Translations under genes and position numbers: made by a program
In this document: piece by piece, positions 1 through 11,333 of the stretch
Numbering within the stretch: the stretch's first letter is position 1
Layout of the letters: each line of letters starts with the position of its first letter
Notes under the pieces: model-generated
What the model was told of the DNA's origin: nothing
What the model saw: the letters and a program-made list of their open reading frames with translations, nothing else
Database searches by the model: none
NCBI RefSeq assembly: GCF_006345805.1
Contig: NW_021832921.1
Location: 1 to 29,622, forward strand
DNA length: 29,622 nt
Source of the DNA: Octopus sinensis
Lineage: Eukaryota
Reading direction: 5' to 3'

Positions 1-394
1 GCCCTTTCAGAGTTATATATACTTTGAATTCATATTATCTCATATCTCATTAGCCTGTTATTATTACGTGACGTACTTCATGATTTTAGCATATATACAT
101 TATTAGTATTACCTCCTAAGTTCCATATACTCTCGGAACGCGTTAAAGTACTTTCCGGGGCTATTGTATTTGAATTCTCACTATCGGGTAACTAATTCCA
201 TGTTATTGCATAACTGACTTCCCAATTTGGGTATTCATAACTTATAGGAAATTCCTGAAAACAAGATCCTGTGTAAGACAGTTTTGAATTCTCTGTAAAT
301 CCACAAAACCGTTTTAAGGGGGTGCATATTGTATTGTTGTTATTGAATTAGCGAAACAATTATGAAAACGCAACCAAGGGATAAGTCCCGCTTT

Positions 395-422
395 CCCGGG
401 AATTACCAGGTACGTCAGCTAG
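395..422 (+). mobile_element. Helitron-like 3' terminus (GC hairpin + CTAG|T); upstream extent unknown, possibly to the window start
   Basis: CCGGG-AATTA-CCAGG imperfect hairpin (396-410), 8-nt spacer, CTAG at 419-422, then T beginning a (TA)n tract. This matches the established Helitron 3' geometry. No 5' TC end or Rep/Hel coding sequence was identified. Confidence 0.55.
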
Positions 423-473
<51 letters not shown>

Positions 474-515
474 TTGTGTGTGTGTGTATATGCATATGTA
501 TATATAGTATATTAT

Positions 516-564
<49 letters not shown>
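423..564. repeat. Compound (TA)n/(TG)n microsatellite
   Basis: Direct reading of the sequence. Confidence 0.97.
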
Positions 565-566
<2 letters not shown>

Positions 567-782
567 TAGGAAGACCCTTCCCATCTGGAAGTGTAGCAGT
601 GATGCCCTTCCTGACATCCGTCTTTTTTTCCTCATGCGCAACTCGAGATTTCTCAAAGGTAGCTGCACAATGCTTCTCCACATGCTTCGATCAATAGCTA
701 TGCCCTCTCATGTGTCAGGAGAGAAGCAAGCATCTCTTAAGGAACCCTTCAGCAAGGTCTTATACCTCTTTTTGGGTTTCTG
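565..782 (-). mobile_element. RTE-clade LINE 3' ORF remnant (degenerate, 5'-truncated)
   Basis: Minus strand reads QKPKKRYKTLLKGSLRDACFSPDT*EGIAIDRSMWRSIVQ, then after a frameshift AATFEKSRVAHEEKKTDVRK. This resembles the RTE/BovB C-terminal pattern RYKDxLK...W(E)xxAxDRxxWR...AxxFExxR. One stop and one frameshift are present. Confidence 0.8.
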
Positions 783-796
783 TATATATATGTATA

Positions 797-834
<38 letters not shown>

Positions 835-860
835 TCTATTTACCATATCTAATCTATCTA

Positions 861-933
<73 letters not shown>

Positions 934-980
934 GTCTATCTATCTATCTATCTATCTATCTATTTGTCTATCTATCTATA
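781..980. repeat. (TA)n followed by (TATC)n microsatellite
   Basis: Direct reading. Confidence 0.97.
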
Positions 981-1367
981 TACATTCATGTATGATTATG
1001 AATAAATGTAGATCTGTCGCTGTATCCCTACCTAAATATATATGAATATGTATCAGCAGACAAACACTTATGCGGTTTAATATAGAATAGAGAAAGCAAA
1101 TCCTATTCACGCACACATATTTCTGAACAACATCTTAATTTTATTCAATACTATATACCCACGCCTTTATACACGTACGTGTTTATATATAATTAGAACA
1201 GCTGTCATGAAATATTATGTATGCCTACGCAAACACCCTCTTCCACAATCACCTCTGCTCGAGCACACACACACACAAATATTTTCAGATATATATAATA
1301 GTTATATATTTTTAAATACATACGAACACATACACACACAACACACACATTCATACTACAACATATA

Positions 1368-1416
<49 letters not shown>

Positions 1417-2967
1417 TATATATATACGCATAGAATCATTACAAGCACGCACACACAACACACACATATATATATGTGTAGTTGTGTAATGTATCAAATA
1501 CTTAGTTTCAAAATACATCTTTATGTCCAGTTTAATCAGCTTTTTTTGTGAAGTTTTCTAAATCAATCTTATCTGTTTCGTATTACAATAGTTTGAAGAT
1601 AACAAAAATAATGTTTCATAAATAATCGTAATGTTTGTAAGTCGTCTGGTAGAGACAGAAAACTAATTAAACAGGACTCTTATCAAAATATTTATACAGT
1701 TTTGCTTAATAATATTCATTCATTATACACTCCCTATTAACAAGTGGAAGATTCGCTGAAAAAGTATAATTGTAACTTGGTAAAAAGAAATGAGTGAGAA
1801 ACAGTGACAGAGAGATGCCTTCTGAGGGAATTCTGTTTTGTTTGGTGAGATGAAGGTGGTTTAATTCTTAGGGGTTTGTCCTGCTTTCGTTGATTATATA
1901 TATATGTGTGTCTTGATTACGGAGGGAAAAGGCAAACTAGTGATGGATTGTAACATTTATGGCCTTCTTTGGTTGTCGGGACTGAAACGTCACATTCCAC
2001 GTAAATGTTACAACTGACAAAGAAAATGTACGTTGTCGGAGCCTCATACGTGGAAACCAACGGGAGAGTCCATCATACGTATACACATATATATATATAA
2101 ATATACACACCCACACACACACAAATACATACATATATATATACATATACACATATTTATATATATATATAAATACATATATATCTGTATACATGTATGT
2201 ATGTACGTACCTATCTATATATCCATCTACCTATCTGTGTATATTCACCAGGTATACAGACTTGCGTAACTATACTCAATATTTTGAACAGCGTTTAGTT
2301 TATTCTTTTGAAGCTAAAAAGTTCATTCTGCTGTTGCTCCTCCCAGCTTCTACTTTGTCGATACTTAAGTATATAAGAAACTAATATAAAGATAGGAAAC
2401 TTAGAATTAAGAAGCAACAGAATGACAAGACAAGAGAGACAGAACCAACGAGTGCTTACAATTCATTGTTCAACGGTCAGATTTCACCTAATCAGTAACC
2501 ACACAACACAAACTTTCATAGTTTACAATTAACTTGATCTCCATAGCAGATATCTTTGGTCAGCTAATCAAGGCTTGCGAGTACGTTTCTATACTAAGAT
2601 CTTGATGAAACGACAAAAATATAAGCAAAAACAAAATGAAAAGCGCCTTAATACGGATTTATATAAAGCCGACTCTAATCTAGACAAACGTCTGTGGAGT
2701 AAATCAATGTCTGTATAAATAGTCCGAATATAAATACTTAGAATAATTACATAACTGTTGCTATTTGCATGCAACCAGATACAGCGAAAGCAAGAAACTT
2801 CCTCTGTTGTGTTGTGTGTTGTGTGTCTTCTTAAACTTGGTGCTTTAGTTGGTCTCTGTCGTTTTCTTCAGTACATATATATTGATACACACGCACACAC
2901 ACATACACACGCGCACACACATCTATACACATTAGATGCATGCATACATTCATTATATATATATATA

Positions 2968-3390
2968 TTTTTTTTTACTCTTTTTTTTACTCTTTTTACT
3001 TGTTTCAGTCATTTGACTGCGGCCATGCTGGAGCACCGCCTTTAGTCGAGCAACTCGACCCCGGACTTATTCTTTGTAAGCCCAGTACTTATTCTATCGG
3101 TCTCTTTTCGAACCGCTAAGTGACGGGGACGTAAAACACACCAGCATCGGTGTCAAGCAATGCTAGGGGAACAAACACAGACACACAAACATATTCACAC
3201 ACACTTATATATATATATATACATATATACGACAGGCTTCTTTCAGTTCCGTCTACCAATCCACTCACAAGGCATTGGTCGGCCCGGGGCTATAGCAGAA
3301 GACACTTGCCCAAGATGCCACGCAGTGGGACTGAACCCGGAACCATGTGGTTGGTTAGCAAGCTACTTACCAAACAGCCACTCCTGCGCC
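2968..3390 (-). mobile_element. tRNA-derived CORE-type SINE, family A, near full length
   Basis: Minus strand has head GGCGCAGGAGTGGCTGTTTGG with B-box-like GGTTCAGTCCC, CORE-like CTTGGGCAAGTGTCTT, an internal (TA)/(TG) tract and a tail ending GACTGAAACAAGTAAAAAGA plus repeated GAGTAAAA units. Homologous to 5124-5563 and 10707-11250 in this window. Confidence 0.9.
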
Positions 3391-3400
3391 TATATATATA

Positions 3401-3449
<49 letters not shown>

Positions 3450-3668
3450 TATATAAATGAATGTATGTATACATACATTTATATACATATATATACAGAT
3501 ACATAATATACTCACAAATACACACATACACAGACAGGCAGACAGATGCACATATACACAGAAACATAGACAGACCACACGCACACACACACATCTATAC
3601 ACATTATATGCATACATACATTATATATGCATATAAATGAAGGTATGTATGTATACACCACATAATTT

Positions 3669-3740
<72 letters not shown>

Positions 3741-4070
3741 CATATACAAACATACACACACACACACACGCACACACACACACACGTGTAAATGGCCCTA
3801 TTGAAAACCATTTGTGAAATGACCCCTCTTAAATTCTTTACTCCTAAATCTTCTCACTCCCTGATATATATTTTTGTTCTGTTTTCTTTTCTTGAATTCC
3901 TAAATTCTCTTCACAATTCTGTTCTCCACTCAACCTGTGCTTTCTACGCTTTCTCGCCGAATGCTCCCTGTGTTAACATCGGCCTCCGAACGACCAATCA
4001 AACTTCATATTATCAAGTTGACCTTGGCCTGAAGGGTAGCCTGCGGTCTACACCACGTTTGGATACTTAC

Positions 4071-4090
4071 TACTTCCGAGGTTCCGTTCG
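4071..4090 (-). CDS. Candidate 20-nt microexon ((A/T)NGTSEV in phase 1, or RTEPRK in phase 0)
   Basis: atatgtttcatag|CGAACGGAACCTCGGAAGTA|GTAAGT; the donor +1..+6 is consensus but the pyrimidine tract is short. Confidence 0.2.
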
Positions 4091-4317
4091 CTATGAAACA
4101 TATGTAACCCGAATTCTATCTACACCTTATCTTTTGGATTTTTATTCGCATATCCGGAAACGGTGGCTGCCAACCGTGAAATATAAAGTACTTTTTTTTT
4201 CAGTTTTTGGTTCTGCGATACGGGAAAGATTCAATTTTCCGCACCAATAAAACCACTATTGTTCTTGAAAGTTGTTTTTTATATATTGTTTCTACGTATT
4301 TCTACACTTCCATCCTT

Positions 4318-4622
<305 letters not shown>

Positions 4623-4624
4623 CA

Positions 4625-4733
4625 GGTACAACTCATTTTTGCTACTGAATGCACTGAAGCAAAGTGAAATAAAGTGTCTCGCTCAAGGAAACAATGTGCT
4701 GCAGGGTATGAACACCCTAACCACTAAGCCACT
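4625..4733 (-). mobile_element. tRNA-derived MIR-like CORE SINE, family C, internally deleted fragment
   Basis: Shares ACCCTAACCACTAAGCC and GAAAT(A/G)AAGTG..T.GCTCAAG with 20951-21198; the tRNA head is partly deleted. Confidence 0.8.
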
Positions 4734-4869
4734 GTTAATTAACACAGCTTATAACTATATGTAAGAGGAAAATGTTATCAGGTCAGAATATACCGTTTAT
4801 TAGCATATTATCATATGGCAGTATATACAGAGAGTTACTCACTTGCAAATAAATGTGTTCACATGTGAC

Positions 4870-5122
4870 ATCATTGACCGGTGTTACCGTGGTCTTCCTT
4901 AGGCTTTTCTTTCCACGGATAAACCTTATCTGTTTCCACCTTTACACTTTACATCATGACATTTCCGTGATACACGATCCCTATTGATCGTTTTTTTTTC
5001 TTTCCTTCTACGATCCCTTTTGATCGAAAACCTACCCCACTTTTTTTCTCCCCCAAAAGAAAATCTCTACTTTGTTATTCGTCCCGTCTGTGTTCAGCCC
5101 TGTGTGGCTAATAAAGAAACAT
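4870..5122 (+). repeat. Unclassified retroposon-like 3' end
   Basis: Ends TGTGTTCAGCCCTGTGTGGCTAATAAAGAAAC, similar to the tail of the SINE at 17332-17558 (TATGTTTAGCCCCCTGTGGGCAATAAAGAAAT). The 5' boundary is uncertain. Confidence 0.5.
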
Positions 5123-5123
5123 A

Positions 5124-5563
5124 TCTCTTACTTGTCTTAGATATTCTGCTACGGCCATGCTGGAATACCGCTTTGAAGGATTTTATGTGAACAAATCATC
5201 CACGGTACTCAATAGTTTAAAGCCTGTTACTTTCTGTATCGTTGATATTTACTGGAGACATAAGACTGACCACTATCAAGTATGAACATAATGGCACACA
5301 CACACACACACATACACACAACACACACACATACACACACACACACACATACACACACACACATACACACACTACACACAGACGCGCGCGTGCACATGTA
5401 TAAGATGGACTTCTTTCAGTTTACATCAGCCAAATCAACTCAAAAAGCGTTGGTCGTCCCACGTCTATATATAAGACACTTGCCCAAGGTTCCACTCGGT
5501 GGGACCGAACTCAATACCACGTGGTTGGGAAGCAAGCCTCTTAACTACACAACAACACCTGCA
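5124..5563 (-). mobile_element. Family A SINE, older diverged copy
   Basis: Contains AAGACACTTGCCCAAGG, GTGGGACCGAAC, GTGGTTGGGAAGCAAGC and GGCCATGCTGGA, collinear with 2968-3390, with an internal (CA)n tract. Confidence 0.85.
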
Positions 5564-6421
5564 GCTGCATTTGATGTAAATATATTATAATTATATATTA
5601 TAAATATTCTTCCTTTTACCAAATAACAGAGTTGTCCTTGTAGCTGACCTTCAGTTTGACCTTGAATCACCATAGCTATCCGAGAGCGAACGTTATCAAT
5701 CAATACAGCAAAATAGCAACACGTATCCGGTGAATATACGGTCAGTGCAACTCATGGTGAGATGTAGCAAGATGTACGTAGATAATTATCAACACATGCA
5801 GCGAAGAAAATGTAATATCACTAACAGACCAATATTTATTATTCGGTCAAACACTTCGAAGGGAGGTAACTCAGAATACACTCCTTCCCTATTTTGATGT
5901 CTTCAGCTAAGTGTAGCCAGCTCTGTTCCGTACTTGGCAAAGAAAAGAAGGCAGAATGCACTAGAAAATAAATGCGCATAAATATAAGTAATACTATGGA
6001 GTGAAGTGCTAGAGTCTATACGTATTTGAAATTCCTGATTTATTAGAATCGGAAATCGATATCTGGAGAAGGTTTCACTGATGGCTGCCAATGGAAATAT
6101 TCTAAGCAGTTCTACTTAAAAGGGCTTTTACTGTCATGTGGTTGTAAAATTCCATGGAAGACAATAGTCGAACTGACTATCAAGAATTCTTTAGTTTCTT
6201 TCGTCATTTCAATTTAACGGATATCAACAAAAGTTGCGTGAACATCCGATACCCCCCACCCCACCAGCAAACGAATTCAGCAATTTATGACCGACACTCA
6301 ACATCTCCACCGAAGTAACCGAGTCAGATGTAATCACCTTTTCGACTTTATGTCAGCTTCTTACGACTTATTTTGCACCTCGACCTCCTTCAAAACACGT
6401 TCTCCCTCTCGCTCCGTCTCC

Positions 6422-6450
6422 TTAAGTTTCAACTATTACTACTACTACTA

Positions 6451-6504
<54 letters not shown>

Positions 6505-6637
6505 ATTCTATTATTATTATTGTCATTTCTATTATTTTAATAAGAATATCAACAACAAAAACAACAACAATAATAATAAAAATAATAATAATAACAATAA
6601 TAATAATAATAATAATAACAACAACAATAACAACGAC

Positions 6638-6696
<59 letters not shown>

Positions 6697-6708
6697 TAAT
6701 AATAATTT
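6422..6708. repeat. Compound trinucleotide microsatellite (TAC)n-(TAT)n-(AAC/AAT)n
   Basis: Direct reading; source of the poly-T/N and poly-I/S ORFs. Confidence 0.97.
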
Positions 6709-6746
6709 CTTTCATCTTGATGTACTTTTTTGGCTCCTTTACTTAC

Positions 6747-6840
6747 CTAGACCCCACTTAACCTCACATGTCCATCAACGATTCAATTCTAGCGAACATG
6801 TGTACGTCTAAGCTGTTATTATGTGAGAATTTGAAGAGCA
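6747..6840 (-). other. Candidate non-coding exon (or 3' end of a first exon)
   Basis: Strong donor TAG|GTAAGT (intron starts 6746). Acceptor ctctttgaag| at 6841 follows a long CT-rich tract (~6845-6960). All three frames contain stops. Confidence 0.3.
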
Positions 6841-7249
6841 CTTCAAAGAGCGGAAGAAGAGGGATAGAGATAGATAGGTAGATAGAGAGATCGACACAGA
6901 GAAGGAGGGAGAGAGCGACACAGAGAGGGAGTTGGCGATGGATAGAGAGATGAAAGAGGGAATTTGTGTCAATCCTTTGCTAATTGATCGGGAGAGTAAT
7001 GTCAACAAACTCAATATCATTGGTAGAAGTATGAATGGAGCCGGTGGTTAGTTATTGATAGATAAGTGGATACCATACTGCAGCGTAAGATATACTGCAC
7101 CTAAGTCTCTACATACACACACACACGCACGTACGCAGGCACACAGATACACACTCAACCACACACATGCGCTCACAATCACACGCACGCACGTACACAC
7201 TTGCACGTATTTACACACGCACGTACATTTATATATACATATTGTGTAG

Positions 7250-7313
7250 TGCGGTCGATGTTATCGACAACCCCCTCCACCAAATCTCAGATCCTGTGCC
7301 TATAACAGAAAGG
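7250..7313 (+). mobile_element. Family B SINE 3' fragment
   Basis: TCGATGTTATCGAC...CCAAATCTCAGATCCTGTGCCTATAACAGAAAGG matches the 3' part of 7999-8177 (GATGTAATCGAC...CCCAAAATGTCAGAACTTGTACCTGGAGTAGAAAGG). Confidence 0.75.
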
Positions 7314-7658
7314 CTTGGGGCGCTGGGATATGTAATACAATGCCTAAATACCAATCTTGGCTTCTCAGAAACAGAAAGGAGAAAGCAAATTTGAAGACCA
7401 CGGATCCAATCTATCACTGGAACTGTAAAATGCTATAAACTCTTCCAGGAGTTTATCATTTAAATATATATATATGAGCAGGTCTAGATATGCAAATATA
7501 TGCATGAGAATACATATATAAAACAAAACATACAAAACTGTACACATACATACAAACAAAAATATCCCGTTGTTGATATTGAGATACTGATGCAGAAGCA
7601 TTGGATCTAGGTTAGAAACCGGCTCTTTCTCTATTGGCACATCTTGAAATAACAATAA
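7314..7658 (+). mobile_element. RLE-type (R4/Dong/Hero-like) LINE 3' fragment with 3' UTR
   Basis: Reads GALGYVIQCLNTNL-GFSETERRKQI*RPRIQSITGTVKCYKLFQEFII* (stop 7461-7463). Collinear with the 25075-25560 copy in both protein and early 3' UTR (GAGCA.GTCTAGATATG...CATGAGAATACATA). Ends in an AAT/AAC tail. Confidence 0.85.
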
Positions 7659-7738
7659 CTGAACCATGACATACATACATATTACATACATACATACATA
7701 ATGCATACATGCATACATACATACATACATACATACAT

Positions 7739-7752
7739 ATCTCCATAGCAAC
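7739..7752 (+). promoter_or_regulatory. RFX X-box motif
   Basis: ATCTCCATAGCAAC fits the established X-box consensus RTHNYY-N(0-3)-RGYAAC. Motif match only. Confidence 0.35.
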
Positions 7753-7998
7753 ACCCACTGAACCTTAATACTATTCCACTCAAAGCCCCACATTAAGGAG
7801 AGATATTTAACTCAACGGAGATTAATTAAAACAAAGACTAACACCAGTGCATCTCAATCCGACGATGGAGTGACTGGTTGAAACTTCGAAGTCACTGTCA
7901 AGAACACTAATGTTTAATAATAATGTATTTTTATTCTACAAATGTACAGAGTAAAACATAATGTCAAAGAAAGATTGATTTCATTCTTCCTGCACATA

Positions 7999-8177
7999 GG
8001 CGGCGAACTGGCAGAAACATTTGCGCGCCGGGCGAAATGCTTAGCGGCATTTCGTCCGTCTTTACGTTCCGAGTTCAAATTCCGCCGTGCTCAACCTTGC
8101 TTTATATCCTTTCGGGGTGGATGTAATCGACGACCCTCCTTCCCAAAATGTCAGAACTTGTACCTGGAGTAGAAAGG
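7999..8177 (+). mobile_element. tRNA-derived SINE, family B, with internal deletion
   Basis: Head GGCGGCGAACTGGCAGAAAC, GAAATGCTTAGCGG and B-box GAGTTCAAATTCC. It lacks the segment between the two GGGGTCGAT-like repeats seen in 17332-17558. Confidence 0.9.
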
Positions 8178-8444
8178 TCTGTAACTGAACATAATATCAA
8201 ACATTAACAGAATCTTATCCACTCCCACCCTCCCTATCTCACACACTCTCTCTTTCTTTGTATACATACATGCACACACGCACATACATACGTACGTACA
8301 TACATACATACATACATACATACATACATACACACACACATACATACATACATACATACATACATGCACACACACATACATAGATACATACATACATACA
8401 TACATACATACATCCACATATATATATCGCCATGATAGATCACT

Positions 8445-8618
8445 AGCCACTACACATTCTTTATTTTCTCTCCCTGTTTTTTCCTGTGTTCCTTTATGTG
8501 GAAGAGCGTAGGCTCGAAACGTTAAAGTTTTTTTCACTTCCCGGGCGTTAAACTAATACACCTGTTTGTTGTCTACACCACCTGTTTTCGTCTTTTGTTG
8601 TTTTGTGAAATCTCCCTA
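8445..8618 (+). mobile_element. Penelope-like element pseudo-LTR fragment embedded between microsatellites
   Basis: Contains GGAAGAGCGTAGGCTCGAAACGT, a ..GAAGA-stem-CGAAACGT motif characteristic of Penelope pLTRs. It is flanked by (TACA)n and (TA)n. A degenerate echo (GAGCGTAGGC..TCGACGTT) lies at 11275-11296. Confidence 0.55.
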
Positions 8619-8987
8619 CACCCCCCCATATATATATATATACATATATATATACACACACACACACACGCACAGCTATAAAACTTGTCATTTTAAAAAT
8701 TTAATAGCCGAATTGCTTACGCACAATGCGAACACATTTCTTTAAAACGTTTCCATGACGTCCTTCCATTTCTTTTCTTAAGAACATTTTTAATACGTTG
8801 TATATCTAATAATTATTCAAATATTGTGACAGAATCAAGAATCTTTTGCAAAAGCATACATACTTACGTACACACACACATAACTTCAAACGTACACACA
8901 TTCAGACATATATATAGATATATGTGTATGTGTGTGCATGTATATATATATATAATATATATATATATATATAACTATATCATAGTA

Positions 8988-9089
8988 AAACTAATAAAAA
9001 GGGTTCAGCAAAGAATTGCCGCACCACACACCGAAGTTCAGAAATAGCAGCTCAAAATCTTAGCCATTTCTTCTACTTTAAAAAGAGTG

Positions 9090-9090
<1 letters not shown>
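8988..9090. repeat. Short (TA)n-embedded interspersed repeat fragment, possibly Penelope-derived
   Basis: A non-microsatellite island (AAAGGGTTCAGCAAAGAATTGCCGCACC...GAAATAGCAGC) between two TA tracts. Recognised only from memory of octopus repeats. Confidence 0.35.
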
Positions 9091-9140
<50 letters not shown>

Positions 9141-9207
9141 TATATTCATATATATTTATATATACCTGCATGTATTACTATATATTTATATACTTATATA
9201 TTTATAT

Positions 9208-9248
<41 letters not shown>

Positions 9249-9295
9249 TATACATATATACATACATGTTACACACACACATACATATATATATA

Positions 9296-9342
<47 letters not shown>

Positions 9343-9941
9343 GTGCGCGTGTGTAAAATGAACGATATTGCATAGTATTTCAAGTACTGACGTTGAAGAT
9401 GATTTAAGTTTCTTGAACGAAGCAAAATGGCTCCTCATTTCAAATGAATGCACACAAATTTGTGTTTGTATATATACCTACACGCCCCCTATCAGATGTA
9501 TATATGTGTGTGTCTGTGTGTTTGTACGTGTGTGTGGGTGCGTGTATGTTTCTATGAATCCATGTTAATCTTTTAATAACATATATACCTACATATATAA
9601 GGGTGTGAATACAACTGTTCATAGAAAGATGTCTGACACTTGATAAATTCCGTCGAATTCCTCTCCTCACACATCCGTTCCATTTCAATTTAATTGTCTG
9701 AAAATAAGTTCCCAGAATTAATGAATCTAGGCCAGAATCATCTTGCGTTTTTTGGGTTTTTTTTGCATCATCGAATCACTTAAAACGTACTAATTGTTTC
9801 TTTTTTTGGTGTTATTATTTACCGAATCTATGATAATGTCTGATTCTCGAAGAGGCTGTCAGTTGGAGAAAATATATTAATCTAATGTTTATGAGCAATT
9901 ATTTTCAAGCAGACACCTGCTGCCGATATTGATATCCAACA

Positions 9942-9992
<51 letters not shown>

Positions 9993-10008
9993 ATGTGTGT
10001 ATGGAGAG

Positions 10009-10057
<49 letters not shown>

Positions 10058-10706
10058 GTATGTATATGTATATGTCTATATATATATGTATATATATATA
10101 TGTGTGTGTGTGTATGGAGAGTATATATATATATATAGATATATATATATATATATGTATGTTAATGTTATGTATCTATATAATGTATATATACATATAT
10201 TATATATATAATATTATATTATATGTATGTGTATGTATACATAAGAATAAATGTGAATTGGAAAACATAGAACAGATATAGGAATTGTTCCTTAGACTAA
10301 TTATATACAGGGTTATTTAGGTACACACATACTTGCACACACTCCCCCCCCCATAGGTACACACACAATTACACGAATTTTGATACAAGATAAAATGAAC
10401 AGACTTTACACCAAATTACTACAATTGTTTCTGTGCATTACTATCAACTGGTAATTGCTATGTGGATCACATATTATACATGTTACTGCATTAATATGAT
10501 CGGACGACAGGTGTGTACCTGCACATCGTCATGAGACTGTGTTGGAGAGTACTGTTGGATGCCCTACAGTTTCTCATTGTTTTATAACCGGGTTCAGTTT
10601 TTAGCATTCCAACATGGAAATACAAAGCAATTCAAATGATAAAAATATACAAAAGATATATTATTGAGAGTAAGAAAAAAATCAGAAATATAAAATATAA
10701 AATAAA

Positions 10707-10957
10707 TAGGTATGGCTGTGTGGCAAGAAGCTTGCTTCGCAACCACAGGGTGGCAGGTGCAGTCCCACTGTACGGACCTTTGAGTAAGAGTCATCTACTA
10801 TAGCCTCGGACCGATATAATTCTTGTGAGTGGATTTGGTAGACGGAAACTGAAAGAAGCCCGTCGTTTATATATATATATATATATTATATATATATCTC
10901 TATATATCTCTATATATATATTATATATATATGTGTGTGTGTGTGTTTTTGTGTATG

Positions 10958-10991
<34 letters not shown>

Positions 10992-11250
10992 CGTGTGTGT
11001 GTGCTTGTATGTGTGTGTGTGCGTGTGTGTGTGTGCGTGTGTGTGTGTTTGTATGTCTCTGTTGGGTCACGCCACTATAGCTTGACAATCGATGTTGGTG
11101 TGGTCCGTCACCGTAACTTCGCGGTTCGGCAAAATACCCCGATAGAATAAGTACTAGGTTTACGAAGAATAAGTCGATTTGTCCGACTAAAAGGAGGTGC
11201 TGCACCATGGCCGCTGGCAAAATTACCGAAACAAGTAGCAGAACAAAAGA
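10707..11250 (+). mobile_element. Family A SINE, full length, opposite orientation to 2968-3390 and 5124-5563
   Basis: Head TGGCTGTGTGGCAAGAAGCTTGCTT, CTACTATAGCCTCGGACCG, GTGAGTGGATTTGGTAGACGGAAACTGAAAGAAGCCCGTCG, an internal (TA)/(TG) tract, and tail GAATAAGTACTAGG...CATGGCCGC...GAAACAAGTA. Confidence 0.92.
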
Positions 11251-11333
11251 AAGCTCCTTTCTCAGTTGATTCTTGAGCGTAGGCGTCTCGACGTTAATAA
11301 AAATAGATGAACATGATTATAATGTCGCAAATA

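Noticed and set aside
3792-4250. 152-aa ORF free of microsatellite
   Set aside because: No recognisable motif; the composition (F/S/L/Y-rich) mirrors a pyrimidine-rich strand, and there is no convincing splice or promoter context.
7999-8085. tRNA-like A/B boxes as tRNA genes (also 3320-3390 and 21130-21198)
   Set aside because: They continue into CORE and tail modules and are multi-copy, so they are SINE heads rather than cloverleaf tRNAs.
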